Positions 50,165-61,212 of a stretch of DNA of 64,000 bases are shown here, piece by piece. Origin of the DNA: a virus. Position numbers and translations under genes: made by a program. Every line of letters begins with the position of its first letter. Position 1 is the first letter of the stretch. Under the pieces are notes generated by a model. It saw nothing but the letters and a program-made list of their open reading frames with translations, had not been told where the DNA came from and ran no database searches. The DNA is taken from the IMG/VR virus record IMGVR_UViG_3300045125_000140, positions 25,214-89,213 of that record; one strand, given 5' to 3'.

Positions 50165-52497
50165 CTATGCAAATTTACGGTAATCAATTCACTGCGGTTT
50201 ACTAGGCGCGTGCGCTAACAATGTTTACGTCGACACGTTCCTATAACTCTTGCTTCTGAAGGTCCTGTTCCTTTATTGATAGATCCGTCTACTCGTTGAG
50301 CAGAAATCGGGTCCCTAAACAAGGAGCGTATGTACTCTTTGGTTCCAATGGCTTTATCCTTGAGCAACTTAAGTCCCTTGTCGCTTAATTCGTCAGTTTA
50401 GCGATATCGTACTTAGCAATAGAGCCCATTATATTGCCGCCGGATGCCTGTTTAACTGCACTAGCCATTGCGGCATCGCTGAACAGTCCTGGCTCATCGA
50501 CTTTGTTTTTTAGGAACAACCCTCTGTTTGTTCGGGCTTCTGCAGATTATTCTTCGATATAAATTTCGAAGTCTCTCGTTAGGTGCGCTTTAGCGTCTAT
50601 GCTCGTCTCCTTTGGACGGATCTCTTAGAAATATGCAAAATTACAAGTTTATCGACTTGATCTACGCCGTGTCTAGGAGCTACTCGCTCTTATCGCATCC
50701 GTTACTAGTTTTTGGCGATCGCGGCGAGTATCATCGAGGAAAGGCCGGATATAAAATCCCCTACACGATTTTTTCCGGACTTGTCATACTGCGGAGCCAG
50801 AGAGACCTTCCTGTATCATGCCAATTTCAGAGGTGGCGAAGATTTAATGCGGCTCAGCTGTGCGCGCGTCTAATCGCTTTACCGCTAATAGCAGACTCTG
50901 AAACCTCCGGGTGTTTTAGCTTAGGTATTGAGCGAACAGTTGCCATACCCTTGAGGATCCGTTATACCGTACGCATTGGCGACAATTTTAGACTGCCGCT
51001 AAGTCTCTGCTACCGGATCCATGCTACGAAACGTCTGTGGGAAGCTGTTCTGCGGCTAGCGCGCTCGAAAGATTTCTCAAAAGTCTATTTCGTTGGAACG
51101 CCGGCGATTTATTTAAGGCGGCAGAAAGGACACCTGCTTGCCCCAACTTTAGACAGCAACATTGGAGGCCATCACATCTGGAAAAAGTTTATAGCGCAGA
51201 GCTAGTAACGGATTTGACAACGTTGCGCCGAATGTTCCGGCGCGCCCTCGCAGCATTCCGGCTACGCCGGAGAATGCCGCCGGATTGAAGGCCTAAAGCT
51301 GCTTGCTGATTTACCACGGCAAATAATCCGCCGGCACTCATGCTCTCGGATAAAAGCTGCTCTCTAGTGGCCTGTAGGCTTTGAAGTCCCGCTATTCCGG
51401 TACCAAATACACCGGATTGATTAGCGCCTATAACCTCAAACTCACGCGTTGCCTGAGCTACGGAGGCAAACCTCGCGTTGCGCATCATATCCGCCTGCGC
51501 TCCTCTTAATCCTCTCGAGCTCGCTGAAATGGCCGTTTGAGATGCGAGCTGCGTTATAAACTCGTCGGTTCCAAAAGAACCAAACAGATTTTGAGATCTT
51601 GCGGTTTGTACCGAGCTCAGAAATAACTTGGAGGCGTCGAGATTGGTAGCGCCTGCTTTAGCAAGTTCTTGATATCCGGACATGAGCTTGTCGGCGCTTA
51701 TGCCGAGTTTTCCAACAGACTTTGCTAAAATCTTCTAAAAATTTAGAGGACTTATCTCCCAACATCCTTGGTAGTAGATCCGACGGGTCCTCCAAACGCT
51801 AAAGCGAGCTTAGCGAGCTCTTCTTGCTGAGAAGCTCCTAGACCCATACCCCATCTTTTCAGCGTTAAGCTTACCTATTCTGAGAGACGACCCTATTTAC
51901 GACGTTGCCCGCTAGCGCCGGTTCTTCCGATGAGGGCCGCCCATCTGCTCGGCTAGTTGTCTAGTGAGTCCTGATCTTATTCTCTCGTCGTAACCGCCGG
52001 TAGCTCTATACGCTATGCTGTCGTCGAGCAGGCCGCCGAAGGTGAAGTGCGCCGTATTTAACGTTGGATATGAACTCCTGACCTCTGAGTCTTAATTCTG
52101 ACTGTGCGTTATCTCGCATCTGCTCAGCAGTTTGCGAAATACTTCTATTAACATCCTGGAATAGGTATCCTCCCGAAGCTCTATTAAGAAGGCTGCCTAG
52201 TCCTGACTCGTAAAGAAGGCCACCAGGGCCGCCCACACGAGGCCCAAACGCAGAGGCCGACGCATACATGCCTCGGCCCATAGCCTGATTAAGGAATCCC
52301 GAGCTAGCGCCTAGGAACGGGGATATCATGCCCATCCCCGCATACGCGCCAGCGGCGCCGTGCGCTAATCCACCGGCTACGATCCCGCCTGCCCCCATCA
52401 GCGAGTTCTTGACCATCTGCAGCTGCTGCATGGTCTCTGCCCGGAGCTGAGCTTGCTGAAGGCTATCGGTAAGTTGTGCGGACAGATTATCAGGCAT
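50165..52497 (-). CDS. Tape-measure-like protein, heavily frameshifted
   Basis: Fragments 52006..52497 and 51189..51683 are Ala/Gly/Gln-rich and helical; located between chaperones and hub genes. Confidence 0.45.
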
Positions 52498-52556
52498 ACG
52501 TATACAGTTTAAATAAAAGAAGCCCCGGCAACGAGCCGGGGCCGGCTGTTAAGCCA

Positions 52557-52958
52557 TCACTTTTCGCCAGCTTGTCTTCTGGCGTTAAGTAATAAATTAT
52601 CCAGCTCTGCTCGAATCATGGTGTCGATGGAGCTATCGGACCGATGATTCTCGAGGAAGCGGATGATGGTTGTTTCGTAGTCCGTGAGCTCTAGATACCG
52701 GTCAGGCATTACGACGAACATGCCGTTTAATCGGCGCTTCGACGTAAAGGGTTTGCCCTCCCCGGTAAATACGGCTACTTCGATGTCCTCGTCGGACATG
52801 ATTTTAAGCCCGTTATTAACCGATAATCCGGAGTCGATTAAATGGACCGTATGGGTCTCGGTCGTCTTTTCAACGACCGAGCACGCCGTTACGCCCAATA
52901 CGATCATACAGCCGGCCAACGCTGCTAGAAGGGGCCGACGGGCGATCTTGGTTAACAT
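52557..52958 (-). CDS. Lipoprotein, o-spanin candidate
   Basis: Signal peptide with lipobox GVTA-C; start overlaps 52870..53061 in another frame. Confidence 0.6.
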   Translation of the reverse strand: MLTKIARRPLLAALAGCMIVLGVTACSVVEKTTETHTVHLIDSGLSVNNGLKIMSDEDIEVAVFTGEGKPFTSKRRLNGMFVVMPDRYLELTDYETTIIRFLENHRSDSSIDTMIRAELDNLLLNARRQAGEK

Positions 52959-53061
52959 ACTCAATCTTCTCCGTGATGGTCGTCTTGGGAACAAATACAG
53001 CCAATAACTGCTGTATCAGGGCCTCAAACACAGGCTTTAAAAGCGTGAGCAAAATGCTCAT
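52870..53061 (-). CDS. Small membrane protein, i-spanin-like candidate
   Basis: N-terminal hydrophobic helix; lies between the holin-like and lipoprotein genes. Confidence 0.45.
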   Translation of the reverse strand: MSILLTLLKPVFEALIQQLLAVFVPKTTITEKIEYVNQDRPSAPSSSVGRLYDRIGRNGVLGR

Positions 53062-53426
53062 GCCGTCGCCTTAATTCCCATCTTATCGAGAATGAGGCCG
53101 ATCATGCCCTTAACACGGTTCTCGCCCCAGGTCTTGATAAAGACACCGACCGGGCCCTTGGCCTCTTCAAGGACGAGCTCCCAAGCCTTTTGGCGGATAG
53201 CCGAAAGCTCGGCCGCGGTCACCTTGGCGCCACCGTCGGAGTCGGGCGCCATGGCGATCTTGAGCCACTCCTGCGCCTTATCGGTTACGCGCTTGGTGCA
53301 GGCGAGGATGAGTTCCTCGGCATCCTTAGCGAGGTTAGCCTTCTTAACGCCCCAGGCGACGAGCGCCACAACCAGAGCAGCCAGAAGAGAAGGAAGATGG
53401 TCAAGTAGGATAGGTAGGATTTCCAT
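53058..53426 (-). CDS. Holin-like single-TM protein
   Basis: N-terminal TM LPSLLAALVVALVAWGV followed by a soluble helical domain. Confidence 0.55.
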   Translation of the reverse strand: MEILPILLDHLPSLLAALVVALVAWGVKKANLAKDAEELILACTKRVTDKAQEWLKIAMAPDSDGGAKVTAAELSAIRQKAWELVLEEAKGPVGVFIKTWGENRVKGMIGLILDKMGIKATA

Positions 53427-53433
53427 GGGTATC

Positions 53434-53958
53434 TCACGTGAACAGGTAAGCACCTAAATAACCATGGATGTTTCGCACTCTTTCCCGCACAATCGAGTCA
53501 GAGTCCGCAACTTCCAGGTCAGCAGCATCATTGATGTGCTGCACGAATATAGCAGGTCCTACACGGGATGCAATAGTGGACGACGACAGATTTATCTTAT
53601 CCCGGTACTTGGCGGCAAATGTAGCGTTTACTCCGGGCACGCTCAAAAGGGGGTTTTGAGTATCCTGGGTGAGGTCATCAGTAATGGAGGTCTCAAGACC
53701 GGCGGCCGCCAGGAAGTCGGTAAAGAACCGGGACGACTCTATCACCTGAGAGGCGAACTGCTGGGTGGTAAGCTCGGACAGCCCGGCCGAGGTTCTAGAC
53801 GCGTTGGCCGCGGCCAGGGCGTCGTCGAACTCGTTAGGTGGGATAGCTCGGGCCTCGTAAAAGGGCGAGAGTCTCGGATTCTGTAAATCCCGAAGATCTT
53901 CTTTGGCGAGCTCGATGAGGGAGATCGCCAGATCTTGGGCAAGGTAGGTGTCAGCCAT
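53434..53958 (-). CDS. Hypothetical tail-region protein
   Basis: 174-aa ORF. Confidence 0.6.
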   Translation of the reverse strand: MADTYLAQDLAISLIELAKEDLRDLQNPRLSPFYEARAIPPNEFDDALAAANASRTSAGLSELTTQQFASQVIESSRFFTDFLAAAGLETSITDDLTQDTQNPLLSVPGVNATFAAKYRDKINLSSSTIASRVGPAIFVQHINDAADLEVADSDSIVRERVRNIHGYLGAYLFT

Positions 53959-54247
53959 TCGGTTTCTTCCTTACCTCTAGAATACTGCCGCGCGGCGACG
54001 GCACCGCCACGAATGCGTATTTTTGAATTTCGGCAAGCTCGGCTGCGGCAACCGTGGCCTTCTTCTTCTCGTTATCCTTGATCCCGATAAAGTACTCGTT
54101 CTTAAGGATCTCCAGGAGCTGCTCGGCCATCTCCTTGGACTTGGCGTTGGATACGACCATGGCGCACTGGTCCATATATCGGAGGGTGGTTTCCTTACGT
54201 TCGTATTCAATAATATCCACTTGCTCAAGCGGAGACAGCTCTCGCAT
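53951..54247 (-). CDS. Putative tail assembly chaperone, second (GT-like) part
   Basis: 98 aa directly downstream of the chaperone-like gene. Confidence 0.5.
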   Translation of the reverse strand: MRELSPLEQVDIIEYERKETTLRYMDQCAMVVSNAKSKEMAEQLLEILKNEYFIGIKDNEKKKATVAAAELAEIQKYAFVAVPSPRGSILEVRKKPNG

Positions 54248-54302
54248 GTCTACACCCCCGTACGCAGAAGAGCTTTTAATCGGTAAAACGCGAACGGGGT
54301 GC

Positions 54303-54917
54303 TTAAGGGTTTTTAAGATTTTCCAGGAGGGCCAATTGCTTAGCCTGATCCAGGTCGTTCAGAACACTCAGGATATAGTTGAAGAAGATGGGGTCCATAT
54401 CCAGGATGTAGTCGTACTGCTGCTTTACCAGAGGGTCAGCCGCCCACGTTGTCCTATTATCGGACGTGAGGGGGACCTTTTGGAATATAGTGTCGCCGAG
54501 GCGGACGATCTGAATAACGACCCGGTAAGCGCCCAAGTCGCGCTTGACTTCGTTAGACTGAGTCGAGCTTATACCAAACAGCGGGTCGAAGAGGGCGATG
54601 GCGGTCTGCTCTCTCCGGCTCATGCTTTGAACAACCAGCTCGGTTTTAAGGATCTTGGTCGTATATTGAATCCTACCAGTGATCAGGTGGTCCTTATCGA
54701 TCACCTGGTCCCAGATGGACTTATATTGGGCCTTGAACTCGTTGTACGAGAGCTTTCCGAATATATCCGAGGTGACGTCCTCGGGGAGCTTGACTAGGTC
54801 CTCACGGGACGCCTTATCGCTCTCCTCTTTACGGACCTTATCTACTGCCTCTACGGCCTGGGAGTCCCGATACTTCTGTTCGAGCATTTCCCGGCTAGGA
54901 CCGAATGAACTCTGCAT
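54303..54917 (-). CDS. Putative tail assembly chaperone
   Basis: AAGGAG RBS before the ATG at 54917; ends LENLKNP on an A-run. Confidence 0.55.
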   Translation of the reverse strand: MQSSFGPSREMLEQKYRDSQAVEAVDKVRKEESDKASREDLVKLPEDVTSDIFGKLSYNEFKAQYKSIWDQVIDKDHLITGRIQYTTKILKTELVVQSMSRREQTAIALFDPLFGISSTQSNEVKRDLGAYRVVIQIVRLGDTIFQKVPLTSDNRTTWAADPLVKQQYDYILDMDPIFFNYILSVLNDLDQAKQLALLENLKNP

Positions 54918-54963
54918 GCACGTCTCCTTGGGTATAGGATAACCAAAAATACGCACATATTGT

Positions 54964-54979
54964 GGCATAAGAAGAATAG
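54964..54979 (+). promoter_or_regulatory. Promoter-like motif, copy 8
   Basis: GGCATAAGAAGAATAG followed by a GTCGGC...GCCGAT hairpin; lies at a strand switch. Confidence 0.7.
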
Positions 54980-55070
54980 TCGGCTTATTTATTTGCCGAT
55001 GGAGAGCAACCATGACGTTTGTCAACGACATCCTGGCCGTATTTCACAACCTGGCCGGAGGTAAGAAAAA

Positions 55071-55649
55071 GTGATCGACGACGAGTCGGATAAGTTCAGC
55101 GAGGTGGCTCAACAGGCCATCAAACTGATGCGACGGTGCGAAGAAAGGCAGATGCATATCGAGATCATCCGCGAGTGCGAGGATGGGCCGGACGGGAAGC
55201 CACTCTCGCCAGTCGTCGCGGTTTTTAACCGGGACCTACCGGACGTCGCTATGGCGTTCTACAAAATGTACGGCGCGAGTCCGTACTGGGGAATCCTGAT
55301 CACGAATCGGGAAACCAAGACGAGGATCGCTTTACACAAGGTGATCTTCGAAGATCTCGAAAAGCTGATCTTTGATGCAAAGAAAGATCGGCTAAATAAA
55401 ATGCTGGGGACAAATACCCGGCACATGGTGATCGGCGACGAGGTCGTCGAATCCGAAACCGGCCCGTTCCTCTCCAATGGGGATTTGGAGTTCAGCAAGG
55501 TCCACCCTAACTGGGTAGTCTTGGTGGACGAGGCGCAGGAACCCAAGTTCTACGTGCCGGACGATGAGGAGTACCCGAATCAAAAGATTGCGGCGTACGA
55601 AAGAAAATACAACAAGTTCTGCCGTTGGATGGTCCAGCAGCTGACTTGA
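55071..55649 (+). CDS. Hypothetical protein
   Basis: 192 aa with GGAGG RBS; preceded by a 20-aa ORF 55012..55074. Confidence 0.7.
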   Translation: MIDDESDKFSEVAQQAIKLMRRCEERQMHIEIIRECEDGPDGKPLSPVVAVFNRDLPDVAMAFYKMYGASPYWGILITNRETKTRIALHKVIFEDLEKLIFDAKKDRLNKMLGTNTRHMVIGDEVVESETGPFLSNGDLEFSKVHPNWVVLVDEAQEPKFYVPDDEEYPNQKIAAYERKYNKFCRWMVQQLT

Positions 55650-55656
55650 CGAAATC

Positions 55657-55691
55657 GGGGCGCGGGAGTCACTCTCCCGCGCTCATTTTTT
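55657..55691 (+). terminator. Intrinsic terminator
   Basis: GGGCGCGGGAG/CTCCCGCGCTC followed by a T-run. Confidence 0.65.
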
Positions 55692-55703
55692 ACCAGAGGT
55701 TAT

Positions 55704-55889
55704 ATGAATATCGATGACGTAACCGGCATCAATCAGATGGCGGACAAGTACGACTGGCTCGCGATCGGCGACATCGACGGAGCCGAGTCAAGTGACTTAG
55801 TTCATCACCGCTACGTAAAGATGTTTAAAAACGTCTGCTTCTCGATAGCGGTAGTTTGCAAAGGTCGAAGCGGCGTCGATTATGCTTGA
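55704..55889 (+). CDS. Hypothetical protein
   Basis: 61 aa with a GAGG RBS. Confidence 0.55.
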   Translation: MNIDDVTGINQMADKYDWLAIGDIDGAESSDLVHHRYVKMFKNVCFSIAVVCKGRSGVDYA

Positions 55890-56241
55890 TATGTTTGACC
55901 TAGATAAGGGTCAGCCGCAAATCGTGTGCGCGCTGTCCCATTGGGATATGGATATCCTGGAGAGGCTCTTCAGCCGACTGGACGCAGAGGCGGCTAAGAA
56001 GTGGGCGAACAACGAAGCTAACCGTGAATACGTCCTTTCTCGGAACGGCCTGGTAGCCGTAGAGATGGGTGAGGGGGTTATTCGCGGAAGCGGTATGATC
56101 TGCGCACGACTTCTGGCTAACTGGAATGAAGAGCTCCAGGAGCCCATAACCGGAGACCGGGAAACGAATCTAGTGCTCGACAGCGTCGCAAAGCGCCTCC
56201 CGATTTTTGTAAATCAGGTTATGGAGGCGTTGGCCCCTTGA
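55882..56241 (+). CDS. Hypothetical protein
   Basis: 119 aa overlapping both neighbours. Confidence 0.6.
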   Translation: MLDMFDLDKGQPQIVCALSHWDMDILERLFSRLDAEAAKKWANNEANREYVLSRNGLVAVEMGEGVIRGSGMICARLLANWNEELQEPITGDRETNLVLDSVAKRLPIFVNQVMEALAP

Positions 56242-57302
56242 GCTGGTTATCCAGAACACAGGCGATGGCCAGAAGAGGGATACCCGCGCGACTGCGTAAG
56301 CCCGAGCAGTTTGAGCAGGCTAGGCAGGTGCTAGAGTGCGCGGAGAAGGCGATCATCGACGCGCGCAGCCGAGGAAAGGGGCCCGATGTTCGGGTTATAA
56401 AGATAGAAAGCCGATCTGGGAAAATTCGAAGGCTGGTAGAGCCAATCGAAGAAATCAAGCTGATTCAAAATCTAATCGGTTTAATCGTCCACAACATTCT
56501 GAAAAACACAGGTTCGCTCACCGGCGTTAAGCGGCAGAATCGGAAAGCTGTGCTCAGCCTTCACGGATTCATGAAAGAGCGAAGCATCAAATCGTACGCC
56601 GGCAACCATACTCGAAGAAATGTTGTGGTTAAGATGGACATTAAAAACTATTTTGAATCCATCACTGAACCTCTTATTTTTCGAGCGATGGATAAAGGTG
56701 AGTTAATCGGGTATCACTTTCCAGACTGGCTGCGAAATTATATATCTACGTATTGTCTCTGCTCTACAAATCCTATGCGGATTGCCGACAAGGCGGAGAC
56801 GGCCAGAAAAGCGCTAGCCTTGGGATTTCCGAGCAGTCCTAGCCTAGCAAACGTCGTAAGCGCCTTCTTAGTCGTCCCTCCAATACTGGGGGTACTTAAG
56901 GAGATGGATAAGTACGACATCGCGTTCACCATGTACGCCGACGACATGACCTTCTCTTCGCATTATCCAGAGTGTGCAAAAGTCGCTCGGATAGTTCCGA
57001 TGCTCCTAAAACGGGAAGGACTCAGCATAAATAGTAAAAAGACTAAAATCTTAAAGCAGAGCGCTCGTCAGGTCGTGTGCGGTGTTGTCGTAAATTCTCG
57101 GATGGGCGCAACTCGGGCATATCGACGAGCGCTTCGAAAACAGATTCATCACACGACTAAAGAGCTACTAATTGGTGCGAAAACGCCTGCTAATATTAAC
57201 GTAAGTGTTTTACGTGGGCAGGTGTCGCACGTTGAATTTCTGAACTCGGCGCACGCTGAGTCGTTAAAACGTCAGCTCAAGACGTTGGAGGAGTTGGTAT
57301 GA
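56238..57302 (+). CDS. Retron-type RNA-directed DNA polymerase (start 56238 or 56265)
   Basis: KIRRLVEP..IKLIQ, LHGF, SYAGNH (region-X-like), KMDIKNYFESI, LGFPSSPSLAN, YADDMTFS, INSKKT and QVVCGVVVN (VTG-like). Confidence 0.9.
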   Translation: MSWLSRTQAMARRGIPARLRKPEQFEQARQVLECAEKAIIDARSRGKGPDVRVIKIESRSGKIRRLVEPIEEIKLIQNLIGLIVHNILKNTGSLTGVKRQNRKAVLSLHGFMKERSIKSYAGNHTRRNVVVKMDIKNYFESITEPLIFRAMDKGELIGYHFPDWLRNYISTYCLCSTNPMRIADKAETARKALALGFPSSPSLANVVSAFLVVPPILGVLKEMDKYDIAFTMYADDMTFSSHYPECAKVARIVPMLLKREGLSINSKKTKILKQSARQVVCGVVVNSRMGATRAYRRALRKQIHHTTKELLIGAKTPANINVSVLRGQVSHVEFLNSAHAESLKRQLKTLEELV

Positions 57303-60300
57303 AGAAGGCAATTATTGCTTATCTTAACACGTTCTCGGAGTACGGCGTATCTATTCCGGACGACATGGCCGAGTCCGTAAATAACATCGTGGCCGGAGCC
57401 TCGGAGCAAATCGGCGGTGTTATTGGAAGTAGGGTGTCGTCGACGCCCGTAAAGCTCACGGATGTGACGACGGGAAGCACTGCGGCAGAAATTATCAAAA
57501 AGGCGGCGGAGGGCGGTACCCATAAAGTTACCGTAGAGTTGCTCGGTCGCTCGTCATACACATGGCCTGAGTTTGGTGGAGGTTTCGGTGCGTTCAAATT
57601 TGAGGTACCCGGGATAGTAATAAAGACCCCGAACAACTACGATCAAGCGGCCTCAGAATTTATAACAAGAATCATAGTAACGTGCGCGTCTGATAAATTT
57701 GCGCACCTGTGTACAATTGACAGCAATAACCAAAAACGCTACAGCGTCGCGGGACAGCTGCAGCTGGGTGCAAAGTTTGCGGACCCGGAGTCACGTGCCG
57801 GCGCTGAGTTGCTCGATAAAGACATTAAAGCGCGCGAAGAAGTTCACGTGCTTGAGGCCATTAAACGGCTGCAAAGATTCCGTGAGCTTGATCCGATCAC
57901 CGGAGATAAGGCGGTCATAATCACACCACGATTTAAACTAAATCGTCACGTGATGGATGTGTGTGCTGGAAATACGACAAACCCCGCTAAAGTTTCGGAC
58001 GAGATCTCTTTTGATGTCGAATATGTGTCTCGGCAAGAGATACAGAACGGTTTAGACAAAATAGACGAGGAGTACGTCAATCGAAAAGGGCTCGCTATTC
58101 TGGCCTTCACTTTAACCAGCGAGATCGTAAAACATCTGGTCTCCGTGCGGCCGCTGCTTGATACTCCGACTGATAGATTTGAATTATCCAAGTTTGTCTT
58201 GCAGATGCACAATCAAATCGCGTCTGCCGCGACGTTACGGGACATTACGGTTAGAGACTTCATCAATTTCTTTGACAACGCTGTTTTGCGATCATATACG
58301 AGCACACGGGTTCCTGGGCACTACATCCCGTTGGATCCTCATCAGATTTCGTTAAATTTTATACCATCTGAACTAATCGACGTAAATAAAACTGTTTTCG
58401 GAGGAGAAGATGACGGGAATCTTCTAGAATCTCAAAACTACAAAGCGGTTTGCCTACTCTTAGCAAATATTCTATCACAAACAGCTTATAAACTAGTTCA
58501 ACGAAAATTCAACTATTTACCGAAAATAGAAAATCGATCGGACGAACTGGTTTCCGCAAACTACGTGGCCGGAGACATTGTTGCCGCGAAGATAGTTTCG
58601 GTAGTCGAGCGCAATAACGCCAGGTCAGCACTATGTAAGGGAATCGGTCCGCGTGGCGACATCGCGTTCTTGATTACCGCAACAGTTGAACACAGTCGTG
58701 AAATCTACGACAGGCTCGATGAGGGGGCGGTGATTGTAAAACCGGCATCGAAGTGGCGGCTGGGTATTGTAGACTCAGTGGAGACTTTCAAAAATGCAGT
58801 TCCGTCATCTGGGATGAGGTAATTGGGGCTGAAATTGCGGAATACATAAATGAGAATGTAGGTAGAAATAGAATCTATCCGATCGCCTCACTACGCGGAA
58901 CCCGGTACTGCGGGCTGGAGCACGGTATCGACATCAGCTCTTAACCTCATTAAGAACCTAGATCCAGCTCAGAGAGCTGCTAGAGTTGCGATAAACTACC
59001 CGGATCACCATCTATCGGATAATGTAACTTTTCATTACGCAATAAATACAGTTAACACTGTTCAAAATTTTCCGGATAAAAACTTATCACTCTTGTTGTC
59101 TGGGAGAAAGTCGTATCACAGCGTTTACGGATACTCTTCGTTTGCGTCGGGTTATATAATTAACATGGGAGATAGCTGGTCAACCGGCGAGAGATGGCAC
59201 TACCAGAGTGAAGAGAAGCGGCTCACGAGTCCAAATAATCCAGTTTACATAGCTCCCATATCTCAGCAGCAGTTGGGAGTCGTTTCGATTCGACGAAGCG
59301 CCCAGCAGGTTATGGAAGCGGGATCGGTAACTGCTGCTTGGGCATTTAATCGCGGGCTTCTTAGATTAATCGCGACTGGAAAAGAATTTAAATTCTCGCT
59401 AAACTCCAGCAGCGCTGAGCTCGTAGTCAAAAAGGATGAGATTGTTTTCGGTGGTCGACGATTTAAAAGCTTGCTGGTAAAACCGGTGCCGGATATCTCT
59501 ATAATTGCTAGAACCATCTACACTCGAATTCAGCAAAGAGCTAACATAGCGAACACGTTCGATACGTTCAACGCTCTTCTCGCTGACGGTGCTCAAAAGC
59601 AAGAGGCTCATGACCACCTTAAAAACGATCAAATCTTGATTGAATTCCTGACAGAGGTCGCCAAGCTCCTCCAAGGAGATTATCAAAATGATTTGAAAAC
59701 TCACAGGTTAAACGTGGTGCGATCCGAGACTCGAAGCATGTTTCAGCCGAAGTTTCAAAGAGGCGGGAATAATGCTAACGACAGTGGATTTGACGGACCG
59801 TGGGCGGACATAAACACTCACGAGCTGTCGGAGTTTTCGCGATACGAAATGGCGCGCACGTCGGCGATCGAGACCGACCCTAAAATGCACCTCGCCTCGT
59901 TTCGAAATTCAGAAACTCTTCGACAAAAGCTCTATCCGGCCGTCTTCAGCGGCGACGGGAGCGGAGAAAGCGTTGAGGAGCTGTTTAACTTCAATAACCT
60001 GGTTGAGAGAGTGGTAGAAAGATCGCTGGCACCGGAGCTGTTCATAAAGGGTCAGACATCAGCTGATCTTAAAGCTTCGGGAATGCGGGTCAAAAAGGTG
60101 GACGATAAAACCTGGATCGTGGATATCTTTACGATCGGGGACGTCACCGTCGAGGTGACGGCCGAAACTACTACCGGCGGCGTTCTTAACTCTACCCGGT
60201 ATTTTGTAAACGGCTACCAAATCAAGGCGGTGGAGGTAATTAGAGTCGTTACTATGGCTACGTGTTTTGAGAACACTGAGACATATAACGAAACGGTTGC

Positions 60301-60999
60301 CCAAATCTCCGAGGTGTCTCTCGCGGCCAGAGATATTCTTCAAAATGGTTTCCACGCATCCGTAGATACGAACTACAAGACCTCGAACATTATGCTCGAG
60401 ATCGACCGCATTAAAAATAAGTGGGTTCTCGTAATACGAGACAAGGACGGTAACGTAACCAAGAATGTCCACATTCCTGGGGGCGTGACTCGGTTCATCT
60501 CTGTTCCGAGAATTAGAAACCGCGTAAGAAAAATGACGGTAGAATCTTTTGCGGCACTTCTGGACGGAATTCCGGAATTGGCGTTTATAGATATTAAACG
60601 TATTCACGAAAACGGTTTCACTAGGTACAATGAAATCATCGCCCGATCGAGGAAGTTCTTGGAGGACGTGATTGGTCTGACCAAGGCGTCTTTTGGAACT
60701 TTCGAGCTCGGCGGGGGCGTAACGCTGGCGCCATTTCTGGATACAGCGTAAAGGGAATGTCCGGCAAGTCTTACGTCGTTGCTTGCTCGGATATTGCCAA
60801 AGAAAAGCCGTTCGAGCACGATCACGGCACAAATAAGTTCGGGGCCATCTACTCGATGGAGACGGGCGAATATGTGTGCGTTGTCGACCGCTCGAGCGAC
60901 CAGTCCGGTTACGATGTTATCGCCAACAGGTTGTTGGCGATGTCGAACGACGTGGCTCTTGTGGATCAAATCCACACCTTAGGAAAGTTTGTTAGTTAA
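57299..60999 (+). CDS. Very large hypothetical protein (~1,200 aa), probably one gene split by indels
   Basis: ORFs 57299..58822, 58753..58944, 59093..60751 and 60757..60999 abut or overlap. The 59093 frame is open upstream to about 58890 with no start or RBS. ATGA overlap with the RT. Confidence 0.6.
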
Positions 61000-61000
61000 T

Positions 61001-61210
61001 ATGGTTACGATCAAAGTTGCTTCTCCTCGTGGACACGACGTTCTCGAACTCGCTCCGGCCGACGCGGTGGCTAAGCTCCGCGGCTTCCTGAACGACAAGA
61101 AGTTCGTCTACATCAACGGCCGCATTGTTACGGCCGCCACCCCGATCACGGAAGAAATGGTCACCACGGCTGAGGCGATCACCGTGGCGCCCAATCTTCA
61201 GGGCGGCTGA
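61001..61210 (+). CDS. Ubiquitin-like (beta-grasp) protein
   Basis: 69 aa with VYINGR, ending ITVAPNLQGG*. Confidence 0.8.
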   Translation: MVTIKVASPRGHDVLELAPADAVAKLRGFLNDKKFVYINGRIVTAATPITEEMVTTAEAITVAPNLQGG

Positions 61211-61212
61211 TC

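Noticed and set aside
50612-51205. 197-aa plus-strand ORF
   Set aside because: It is antisense to the frameshifted tape-measure-like gene, has no RBS and has an atypical composition.
54918-55031. N-terminal extension of ORF 54303..55031
   Set aside because: It spans the divergent promoter region; a good RBS precedes the ATG at 54917.
56238-57302. RT as a group II intron or DGR enzyme
   Set aside because: There is no maturase/endonuclease extension or intron domain V, and I saw no template/variable repeat pair differing at adenines. The motifs fit the retron-like class better.
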